Shown here: positions 1 to 7,644 of the stretch, one piece after another
How positions within the stretch are numbered: the stretch's first letter is position 1
How the letters are laid out: each line of letters opens with the position of its first letter
Assembly (NCBI GenBank): GCA_963712165.1
Contig: CAVQGY010000003.1
Span: forward strand, 434,684 to 498,683
Direction: 5' to 3'
Length of the DNA: 64,000 nt
From: an uncultured Chloroflexia bacterium
GTDB lineage: Bacteria; Chloroflexota; Anaerolineae; Anaerolineales; UBA11858
Notes under the pieces: generated by a model
The model's input: only the letters and a program-made list of their open reading frames with translations
Told to the model about the DNA's origin: nothing
The model's database searches: none
Position numbers and translations under genes: made by a program

Positions 1-2
1 AG

Positions 3-1643
3 GGTTTCGCCAATGGAGTTGGATTTGCGATTGCAGAAGCTCATCTGAGCGCGATTTATAACCGGCCGGATTTTCCTGTTATTGATCATTTCACCTACGG
101 TATCGTCACGGATGGAGATCTGATGGAAGGTGTGACAGCCGAAGCTGCCTCTCTGGCAGGACACCTCCAGTTAGGCAAACTGATCTATCTCTATGATGAT
201 AATAGGATTTCGATTGATGGATCCACGGAGATCACTTTCACAGAAGATCGGGCAAAAAGGTTCGAGGCTTATAACTGGCAGGTCCTGCAGGTTGCAGATG
301 GCAATGAGATCGCTGCTGTCGCCCGGGCGATCGAGGAAGCCAAAACGGATCAGAGACCATCCTTGATCATCTGCCGGACACATATCGGTTATGGGCTGCC
401 AACCAAGCAGGATACAGCAGCTGCCCACGGATCTCCCCCGGGCGATGAGGAATTAGCCGCTGCTAAAAGGAACCTGAACTGGCCAGTAGAGCCCCGTTTT
501 TATATCCCGGAAGAAGTAAAAGGCATCTTCAAGCAGGCGCTAGTAGCTGGCCAGGAGAGAGAAAGCAACTGGCAAATATTGCTGGAGGAATATAAAAAGG
601 CCTATCCCGACCTGGCTGCAGAGTTAAAACGAAGATTGGCAGGCGACCTGCCCAAGAATTGGGATGTGCCCCAGTTCCCGACAGATGAGAAAGGAATGGC
701 AACACGAGGGGCATCAGGAAAAGTTCTTAACAAGCTAGCTGAACAGATCCCTGAGCTGGTGGGGGGATCTGCGGATCTAGCCCCTTCAAATAATACCTGG
801 CTGGAGGGAGAATTGGATTTCCAGCCTGGTCAATATCAGGGAAGGAACTTCCATTTTGGTGTCCGCGAACATGGAATGGGCGCCATTGTGAACGGCATGG
901 CCATTCACGGTGGGTTGATCCCTTATGGGGCGACCTTTCTGGTTTTTTCAGATTATATGCGTCCTGCTTTGCGTATCTCAGCTTTATCCCATATTCCAAG
1001 TATATGGGTCTTCACCCATGACAGCATTGGAGTAGGCGAGGATGGCCCAACCCATCAACCTGTGGAACACCTGGCTGCATTAAGGGCAATTCCTCAATTG
1101 ACCGTGCTTCGCCCGGCAGATGCCAACGAGACCGCTCAAGCCTGGGCTTATGCGATCGCTCACCGGACTGGACCGACCGCACTTGCCCTTTCACGCCAGT
1201 CCCTGCCGGTAATCGACCGAAACCGTTACCGGGGTGCCGAAGGGCTCCACAAAGGGGCGTATGTGCTGGGTGATCTGGGCGGAGACAAGCCGGAGTTGAT
1301 TTTGATGGCCACTGGTTCTGAGGTAGATCTGATCATCAAGGCAGGGGAAAAATTGGCTGAGCAGGGTGTTGTTCTGCGGTTGGTTTCATTCCCCAGCTGG
1401 GAATTATTCCGCCAGCAAGGCGAGGATTATCGTAAAAGCGTCTTCCCGGAAGGGCTCACTAAACGTCTGGCTGTGGAAGCGGGTATTTCCCAGGGTTGGT
1501 TGGAATGGGTGGGACCTGAGGGTAAGATCCTTGCTGTAGATACTTATGGCGCATCCGCACCAGCCAGCACCATTTTTACTAATTATGGCCTGACTGTGGA
1601 AGATATTATCGAACAGGCTCAAGAACTCTTAAGGAGGAAATAA
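3..1643 (+). CDS. tkt: Transketolase (5' end lies upstream of the window; 546 aa present)
   Basis: Frame is open from the window edge (GFANGVGFAIAEAHL...). Motifs GDLMEGV, FGVREHGMGAIVNG and THDSIGVGEDGPTHQPVEHLAALRAIP are typical of transketolase. Followed by rpiB and tal. Confidence 0.95.
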   Translation, partial: GFANGVGFAIAEAHLSAIYNRPDFPVIDHFTYGIVTDGDLMEGVTAEAASLAGHLQLGKLIYLYDDNRISIDGSTEITFTEDRAKRFEAYNWQVLQVADGNEIAAVARAIEEAKTDQRPSLIICRTHIGYGLPTKQDTAAAHGSPPGDEELAAAKRNLNWPVEPRFYIPEEVKGIFKQALVAGQERESNWQILLEEYKKAYPDLAAELKRRLAGDLPKNWDVPQFPTDEKGMATRGASGKVLNKLAEQIPELVGGSADLAPSNNTWLEGELDFQPGQYQGRNFHFGVREHGMGAIVNGMAIHGGLIPYGATFLVFSDYMRPALRISALSHIPSIWVFTHDSIGVGEDGPTHQPVEHLAALRAIPQLTVLRPADANETAQAWAYAIAHRTGPTALALSRQSLPVIDRNRYRGAEGLHKGAYVLGDLGGDKPELILMATGSEVDLIIKAGEKLAEQGVVLRLVSFPSWELFRQQGEDYRKSVFPEGLTKRLAVEAGISQGWLEWVGPEGKILAVDTYGASAPASTIFTNYGLTVEDIIEQAQELLRRK

Positions 1644-1644
1644 A

Positions 1645-2103
1645 ATGCGTATAGCCATAGGGGCAGATCACGGGGGGTTTGTCCTCAAAGAAAACCTCCT
1701 GGAGTACCTGAAAGCTAAGGGTGTGGAAATTCTTGATCTAGGGACGGATTCTCTCGAACCTGTGGATTATCCGGATATTGCTGTACGTGTTGGAAAATCT
1801 ATCCAGGATGGAAACGCTGATCGGGGCATTTTGATCTGCGGATCCGGCGTGGGTGTAAACATCGCGGCAAATAAAATGAAGGGAATTTATGCAGGAATCT
1901 GCCATGACGCATATAGTGCCAGGCAGGGTGTCGAACATGATGGCATGAATGTGATTTGCCTGGGAGGTAGAGTGATCGGTGACGAGTTGGGGCGAGTATT
2001 GGTGGATCATTTTCTAGAAGCTGAGTTCCTAGGTAATTTTCCCAACGGAGAGAGATTTGCCAGAAGAGCCGGGAAAGTCAAAACAATCGAAAATCAAGGA
2101 TGA
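1645..2103 (+). CDS. rpiB: Ribose-5-phosphate isomerase B (RpiB/LacA/LacB family)
   Basis: 152 aa. MRIAIGADHGGFVLKE... and ILICGSGVGVNIAANK match the RpiB family. Starts 1 nt after the tkt stop. Confidence 0.9.
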   Translation: MRIAIGADHGGFVLKENLLEYLKAKGVEILDLGTDSLEPVDYPDIAVRVGKSIQDGNADRGILICGSGVGVNIAANKMKGIYAGICHDAYSARQGVEHDGMNVICLGGRVIGDELGRVLVDHFLEAEFLGNFPNGERFARRAGKVKTIENQG

Positions 2104-2107
2104 TGGG

Positions 2108-3241
2108 ATGAAAGATATTATCAAACAGATCAACCAGGCTGGACAATCTCTTTGGTATGACAATATCGAAAGGAAATTGCTCCGGGATGGTACCTTGGCG
2201 GGAATGGTCGAAAGGGGAGAGATCCGGGGAATCACCTCAAATCCGAGTATCTTCAACAAGGCTATCAGTCAATCTACTGAATATGATCAGGATATAAGAG
2301 CCTTATCTTCCCAGGGTTTGTCCCGAGTGCAGACCTATGAAAGACTGGCTATCCAAGATATCCAAGACGCAGCTGATCTGTTTAGCCCGCTATATGAGAT
2401 GAGTTCTGGGGGTGATGGATATGTCAGCCTGGAGGTCGATCCATATCTGGCCAATCAAGCCGATGAGACAATTGCCGAGGCGATCAAACTCTGGAAACTG
2501 GTAGACCGCCCCAACCTGATGGTCAAAATCCCAGCAACCCTGGAATGTTTGCCAGCAATTTCTGAGGTTATCTCAGAAGGGATCAACGTCAACGTGACTC
2601 TGATATTTGGCCTGGAGCGCTATCAAAAAGTGATAGATGCTTATCTAAAAGGATTAGAGGATCGGATAGCCAAAGGTCATCCACTGGAAAGGATCGCCTC
2701 TGTAGCTTCTTTTTTCATATCTCGGATTGATACCAATGTTGATCAAAGATTGGAACTTCTGCTGGAAAGCACATCACCCGCAGAAAGTGGGGAAATCCAG
2801 CGACTGCGTGGAAAAGCTGCCCTTGCCAGCGGAAGATTAGCCTATGAGCTCTTCCAAATGAACTTTTCTGAAGCCGCATCTAGATTTGGACAATTGGCTG
2901 TCCAGGGTGCCAGGCCCCAACGGGCCTTGTGGGCATCCACAAGTACGAAAAATCCAGTCTATCCCGATACCTATTATGTCGATGGGCTGGTAGGCCCAGG
3001 CACGGTAAACACTGTGCCTCCCAAAACTCTCCAGGCGTTTTTCGATCATGGAGAGGCAGACCTTACTCTTACTAAAGACCTGGAAGCCTCTCGGGAGATA
3101 TTCAGGGAGCTAGCCCATCGGGGGATCCATATGGACCAGGTTGCGGCAGAGTTGGAAAGGGAAGGTGTGCAGGCATTCGCGGATGCTTATACATCACTGC
3201 TGGACTCTCTTGAGAAGCGGATGGAAGATTTCCGGGAGTAA
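2108..3241 (+). CDS. tal: Transaldolase
   Basis: The ORF-track start 2057 overlaps rpiB. ATG at 2108 (MKDIIKQINQAGQSLWYDN) matches transaldolase N-termini. Motifs GITSNPSIF and NLMVKIPAT present. Confidence 0.9.
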   Translation: MKDIIKQINQAGQSLWYDNIERKLLRDGTLAGMVERGEIRGITSNPSIFNKAISQSTEYDQDIRALSSQGLSRVQTYERLAIQDIQDAADLFSPLYEMSSGGDGYVSLEVDPYLANQADETIAEAIKLWKLVDRPNLMVKIPATLECLPAISEVISEGINVNVTLIFGLERYQKVIDAYLKGLEDRIAKGHPLERIASVASFFISRIDTNVDQRLELLLESTSPAESGEIQRLRGKAALASGRLAYELFQMNFSEAASRFGQLAVQGARPQRALWASTSTKNPVYPDTYYVDGLVGPGTVNTVPPKTLQAFFDHGEADLTLTKDLEASREIFRELAHRGIHMDQVAAELEREGVQAFADAYTSLLDSLEKRMEDFRE

Positions 3242-3268
3242 TAATATCCAATTTAATCTAGAGTTGAT

Positions 3269-3940
3269 GTGCCTGGATGGATCGAGATTGATATGGAACT
3301 AGATCAAAGGACAAAATCCTTATCAGAGAACAGCTATGCGTGGCGAATACTGGAGAAAATGATTTCGCCGGATCCTTTTCTGCGGGACAATGGTCTCGAG
3401 GATTTGTATTCGCTGGGTGATTTCCAGGACCATCCTTTGATCATCTATATACTGGTAACACGGATTTTGGATCCTGACCTCGAAATCCGGCTTCATGCTA
3501 TTCAGATACTTGGAAAAATACTGGGAGGCAACTCACCAGGCGAGGGACTCCCTGAGAATTCCTTCAGGACTTTAACAGAGTTCACCTCTCAGATGGATAA
3601 GGGGGGATTGATAAAATTACTGGAAATTGCCTCTGCCTATATTGCTGCTGAAGAAGCCATCAAAACTATCCTGAAACTGTGCTCCTTTGCAGGAAAAGGT
3701 TTAGGTGGTATAGTGAACGACCGGAGGCTTCCAGTTGAGATCCGTCAGCAGGCAATTCATTTCTCTGGTGAGGTTGGATTTTTAAACACAGATACAGCGA
3801 TCCGTAATCTAATCCAACGAATTGAGAAATATCGGGCTAAATCTGGATCGAATACAACACGGAAGAAATATCTTGATGAGGAGGCCCTTTATCCTTTTGC
3901 GGTGGCTGCTCTTGCTAAGCTGGGTGGATCTATTGATTGA
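3269..3940 (+). CDS. Hypothetical protein with HEAT/armadillo-like helical repeats
   Basis: 223-aa ORF with GTG start (alternative ATG at 3293). Repeated helical motifs DPDLEIRLHAIQILGKI and LPVEIRQQAIHFSGEVG. No catalytic motif recognised. Confidence 0.5.
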   Translation: MPGWIEIDMELDQRTKSLSENSYAWRILEKMISPDPFLRDNGLEDLYSLGDFQDHPLIIYILVTRILDPDLEIRLHAIQILGKILGGNSPGEGLPENSFRTLTEFTSQMDKGGLIKLLEIASAYIAAEEAIKTILKLCSFAGKGLGGIVNDRRLPVEIRQQAIHFSGEVGFLNTDTAIRNLIQRIEKYRAKSGSNTTRKKYLDEEALYPFAVAALAKLGGSID

Positions 3941-3952
3941 ACAGGTAGATGT

Positions 3953-4576
3953 ATGACTAGAAAAGTCCTTTTATTATCCTCATTTATCACTCTGCTTTTG
4001 GCCCTGGTATTATTCCTGTCTAAAACTGGTTCTGCTTTGGCGTCTGGTTCTTTTCAACAGCCAACCGTGTCCATTCCAACGGTTACAGGTACAGCTACAG
4101 GCCCAATTGCGATTGTTTACTCGGATCCAGAGGATCAGATCAATGTGCGCTCTGGACCGGATGTGTTTTATCCGAAAGTGGGTGTGCTGATCAACCGCCA
4201 GGTAGTACCGGCACTAGCGAAGACTGAAGGCGACTTGTGGGTAAAAATTGTCTACCCGGGGGTCCCAGAAGGAGTCGCCTGGGTCTACGCCCCTTATGTC
4301 CGGGTGACCGGTGAGCTGCCCATTGTGCCGAAACCTCCCACACCAACACCAGCAATAACAGCCACTATTGACCCGACATTGGCATCTCAGTTCATATCTG
4401 AGATCCCGCCAACTCGGAAACCAACCTTCACACCTGCAGCTCCCTTGATCGTGCCCACCTTCTTGCCGGCAACGGCAATCAGTGGAGCAGCTGGTTTACC
4501 GAGCGGCTTCATTATCCTTGGATTATCCTCAGTAGGTCTGTTTGGGTTGCTGGTATCTTTCCTGCGGCGTTCCTAG
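3953..4576 (+). CDS. Membrane-anchored bacterial SH3-domain protein
   Basis: N-terminal signal/anchor (LLLSSFITLLLALVLFL), an SH3b-like core (INVRSGPDVFYPKVGVL...LWVKIVYPG...AWVYAPYV), a Pro/Thr-rich linker and a C-terminal TM helix. Confidence 0.6.
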   Translation: MTRKVLLLSSFITLLLALVLFLSKTGSALASGSFQQPTVSIPTVTGTATGPIAIVYSDPEDQINVRSGPDVFYPKVGVLINRQVVPALAKTEGDLWVKIVYPGVPEGVAWVYAPYVRVTGELPIVPKPPTPTPAITATIDPTLASQFISEIPPTRKPTFTPAAPLIVPTFLPATAISGAAGLPSGFIILGLSSVGLFGLLVSFLRRS

Positions 4577-4600
4577 GGAAAGTCACTATTAAAAGAAAAA

Positions 4601-4630
4601 AGACCAGGCTCATTACCTGGTCTTTTTTTT
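4601..4630. terminator. Bidirectional intrinsic terminator between convergent genes
   Basis: AGACCAGG-ctcatta-CCTGGTCT hairpin, preceded by an A-run and followed by T8. Confidence 0.65.
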
Positions 4631-4642
4631 CCGGTGAGTTCA

Positions 4643-4996
4643 TTATCCGCACCCGGTTGAAGGATCACACCCGGCGCAACCTGATAATTCGTTATTCTTG
4701 GTAAGTGGTTCTATTTGGAATCCCTTTCGTCCGTTTTCTTCAACGAACTTGATATTTGCTTTTCCTAAATAGGCAAGGGTTTGGGCATCAACGATGACCT
4801 GTACGCCATGGCTGGAATAAACTTGGTCACTATCACTGACCTTGTCATCCAGGGACAAGCCGTACTGTGGGCCCCCTCAACCAACCCCGGCGATAAATAT
4901 TCGCAGGGATTGTGAGACCATATTTTGTTCTTTGAGCAGGGTTTTAACTGCGATTGCTGCTTCAGGAGTCAGGTTGACTGCTTGGGTGTTTTCCAT
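4643..4996 (-). CDS. HesB/IscA-like A-type Fe-S carrier with one in-frame TGA (candidate selenocysteine at codon 40); 117 aa
   Basis: The ORF track gives only the 71-aa tail (4643..4858). The same frame is open back to ATG at 4996 apart from TGA at 4877..4879. The joined product MENTQAVNLTPEAAIAVKTLLKEQNMVSQSLRIFIAGVG-[TGA]-GGPQYGLSLDD...SGCAGCDPSTGCG aligns along its length with IscA/HesB, and the TGA falls at the first ligand Cys (GCSG of IscA). Confidence 0.65.
4841..4859 (-). promoter_or_regulatory. Candidate bacterial SECIS hairpin downstream of the in-frame UGA
   Basis: Perfect 6-bp stem CUUGUC/GACAAG with 7-nt loop CCUGGAU. The stem starts 17 nt after the UGA, so the apical loop is about 23 nt from it. 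Confidence 0.45.
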
Positions 4997-5238
4997 GGGT
5001 TTCCTGTGATCTGAGTGAACGTATAAATTTCCTGCATTTTAGCAGGATTTGAGGAAGTGTCAACGCCAAACGGAGGGATTGATATATTTCTTAGACAAAA
5101 AAGAGATGAAACTCACCTATTTGAATAGCATCCGGGAGTTAATAAGCTATTAGAAATCCGAGACCGACTGTTTAGTGATAGCGTGGGTGTTATAATCCTG
5201 CCAGAAAATGTACAAACCAAGATACCGGAGATAATCAT

Positions 5239-6099
5239 TTGGAAAAACGTATTCTATCAGTTCTGGCCCATCCTGATGACGAGTCATTTGGTATGGGGGG
5301 AACACTGGCAAAGTATGCTAGTGAAGGGGCGAAGGTACACTTGATATGTGCAACCCGGGGTGAAGCCGGGGAAGTCGATCCAGAATGCTTGGATGGTTAT
5401 GATTCGATCGCAGACCTTCGAGTAGCGGAATTGAACTGTGCTGTTAAGGTATTGGGTATTGATAAAGTACACTTGCTGCCTTATAGAGATTCTGGAATGA
5501 CTGGCAGCCAAAACAACCAAAATCCCCAGGCGCTGATCAATGCTCCTTTAGAGAAGGTTGCCGGAGAAATAGCAGCCTACATCAGGATGTTCAAACCCCA
5601 AGTAGTATTAACATTCGATCCTGCGGGAGGATACCGCCATCCGGACCATATCTTCATCCACCGGGCAACGACAATGGCGTTCAGCCTTGCTGGGGAGCCG
5701 GATTTAATTAGCGATTTGCCCCCCTATCAACCTGCCAGGCTATTCTACAATACTATCTCGCGCCATTTTATCCGCTTTAATGTCCGTTTATTGAAATTTC
5801 TTGGCAGGGATCCCAGTAAATATGGCAAGAACGAGGATATTGACTTGACTTTACTTGCTGCCGATGATTTTCCAGCTCATGTCCGGATCGATTATGGGCC
5901 GTATGCTCAAAAGAAAATGATTGCCTCTGAATGCCATGCCAGCCAAGGAGGCCGGGGATTAACACGACGGCCGATGCGCCTGCTCGCCTGGCTGTTAGGA
6001 GGTAGATCCAGGGATCAATTTATGCAAGCTTTCCCACCTCCAGCAGAGAATAAATCGAGGGTAAAAAGAGATTTGTTCGCTGGAGTAGCTGACACATGA
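5239..6099 (+). CDS. PIG-L/LmbE-family N-acetylglucosaminyl deacetylase (MshB/BshB-like)
   Basis: LSVLAHPDDESFGMGGTLAKY (the AHPDDE zinc-site motif) and HPDHIFIHRAT. TTG start. TGtTATAAT extended -10-like element about 45 nt upstream. Confidence 0.8.
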   Translation: MEKRILSVLAHPDDESFGMGGTLAKYASEGAKVHLICATRGEAGEVDPECLDGYDSIADLRVAELNCAVKVLGIDKVHLLPYRDSGMTGSQNNQNPQALINAPLEKVAGEIAAYIRMFKPQVVLTFDPAGGYRHPDHIFIHRATTMAFSLAGEPDLISDLPPYQPARLFYNTISRHFIRFNVRLLKFLGRDPSKYGKNEDIDLTLLAADDFPAHVRIDYGPYAQKKMIASECHASQGGRGLTRRPMRLLAWLLGGRSRDQFMQAFPPPAENKSRVKRDLFAGVADT

Positions 6100-6120
6100 C
6101 TGAGTATGTACGAAGTATAG

Positions 6121-6154
6121 AAAAACCCTCCTATTTTTATCAAGGAGGGTTTTT
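6121..6154. terminator. Bidirectional intrinsic terminator
   Basis: AACCCTCC-loop-GGAGGGTT hairpin flanked by A5 and T5, between convergent genes. Confidence 0.6.
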
Positions 6155-6206
6155 GCTTGGTTGAACAAAACTATCGATAGAAGCAGTGTGTGTGGGTAGG
6201 TCTGGG

Positions 6207-6857
6207 TTAAGGTGTAGGTGTGGGAGCAGGGACCACAATCTCAACCCAAAAGGAACCGCTGGTGCTGTTCTCTATCCCGAAAATGACATCTGATGGGTCG
6301 CGAAGCTGCCAATTACCCCGGTATGTCCCCGGAGTACTTGGAGCAGTGAGGTTCACCGAGACCTGGACGGTACCCCCCGTGTTGACGATGCCACTCGTGA
6401 TCTGGACCGAACTTGGGGCCCCCAATGAATCTCCACCAAAGAAGATGATGTCATAACCACTTGTCCAGGGACAGGAACCAATGTTCTTCAAACTCCAGGT
6501 TTTGACAAATGTTTCTCCGGGATCAAACTTAGTACCGTCAGGAACTGTGATATCTGCAATGAATCTTGCCAGGTTGCAGGGAATTGGGGTTTTTGTGGGA
6601 GTGGCAGTATTGGGGATTATAGTATTGGTTGGCAGAGGTGTCCCTGCTGGTTCGGAATGGGGGGTGTCTGTACTCTGGGGTGGAAGTTGAATTGTAGGTT
6701 GGGAGGTGTTTTCCGCTCTGGAAGCAACAGTTTCTGCAACAGAGGTGTTGATCAAAGCAGTCTGTTCAGCTGAAGAAGATGTTGGCCTGGGCATGTTGCA
6801 GGCAGCCAGTAAGAGGATCAGAAAGCTGGGCACTAGGGCGAAAACTATCTTTTTCAT
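6207..6857 (-). CDS. Secreted lipoprotein with C-terminal NBR1-like Ig-fold domain
   Basis: Start moved to MKKIVFALVPSFLILLLAAC (lipobox LLAAC). Ser/Thr/Pro-rich linker. C-terminal KTWSLKNIGSCPWTSGYDIIFFGGD...GTYRGNWQLRDPSDVIFG resembles the N_BRCA1_IG/NBR1 domain. Confidence 0.6.
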   Translation of the reverse strand: MKKIVFALVPSFLILLLAACNMPRPTSSSAEQTALINTSVAETVASRAENTSQPTIQLPPQSTDTPHSEPAGTPLPTNTIIPNTATPTKTPIPCNLARFIADITVPDGTKFDPGETFVKTWSLKNIGSCPWTSGYDIIFFGGDSLGAPSSVQITSGIVNTGGTVQVSVNLTAPSTPGTYRGNWQLRDPSDVIFGIENSTSGSFWVEIVVPAPTPTP

Positions 6858-6977
6858 GATGGTCCTCACGATTGGATCATTTATTTGAATTGGGAAATGT
6901 TCTAGGTGAATATTATCCTTTTTTGTTGAGGATTGCAACTTGATCATCTGGCTCTAGAAGGATGGTAGCCCCATACC

Positions 6978-7622
6978 TCATGCACTCCTTTCCTTGACAA
7001 GATAAATGCCTGGAATACTGATCAGGGTTGTGATGCCTTTAATGATCATATTGCTGAAGAAGATCGAGATCACTACCGGCGGGGCCATAATTCCCCAGAA
7101 GGCTAGAAAACTGAACAGGAAACTGTCGACCGGAATGCTGAGTGCGTTGCTGAATAAGACCCGGGCCCAATGGTAGCGATGAGTGATTTTTTCCACCCAG
7201 ATCCTGTATGCTTCTGTATCGATCAATTCGGCGATCACTTCGGCCACGATTGAAGCCAGAACTATCCTCCAAACCGGGGAGAGTAAAGTACCAAACGCTG
7301 TCTGAGGACCTACAGCCAGATCTGGTGGAAGTAGAGTGACAAATTTAAAGAATAGGGCCATGAATAGGTTTACGGCGGCCGCAGCTACAATCAGCATCCG
7401 GGCGATTTTTATGCCAGCCACTTTATGAACCATATCACGCAACGTGAATGTGAGGGGGTATATAAAAGTACCCGCGTCGATGGAAAATCCTGCCAGGTAG
7501 ACGATCTGTAAACTGGCGATATCCGAAAGCATTTGGGCAGCTACATAGAATACAGCAACCAGGATGGCTGATGGCAGAAGCTCATTCGGACTGGAACCTT
7601 TGGATAGAGATTGGTCTTCCAT
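6978..7622 (-). CDS. yhhQ: Queuosine-precursor transporter family protein (YhhQ/VUT, DUF165)
   Basis: Polytopic membrane protein with family-like segments YPLTFTLRDMVHK and PVDSFLFSFLAFWG. ATG at 7622 has GGAAGGA 9 nt upstream; the ORF-track start 7685 would overlap hutH. Confidence 0.7.
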   Translation of the reverse strand: MEDQSLSKGSSPNELLPSAILVAVFYVAAQMLSDIASLQIVYLAGFSIDAGTFIYPLTFTLRDMVHKVAGIKIARMLIVAAAAVNLFMALFFKFVTLLPPDLAVGPQTAFGTLLSPVWRIVLASIVAEVIAELIDTEAYRIWVEKITHRYHWARVLFSNALSIPVDSFLFSFLAFWGIMAPPVVISIFFSNMIIKGITTLISIPGIYLVKERSA

Positions 7623-7644
7623 GGCTATTTTTCCTTCCAGGTCT

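Noticed and set aside
4320-4350. Pro/Thr-rich stretches (PKPPTPTPAIT here; PAPTPTP at 6207..6230; TPTPTPD at 42039..42060), considered as DNA repeats.
   Set aside because: They are short low-complexity linker-coding segments in three unrelated secreted or membrane proteins, not a shared repeat element.
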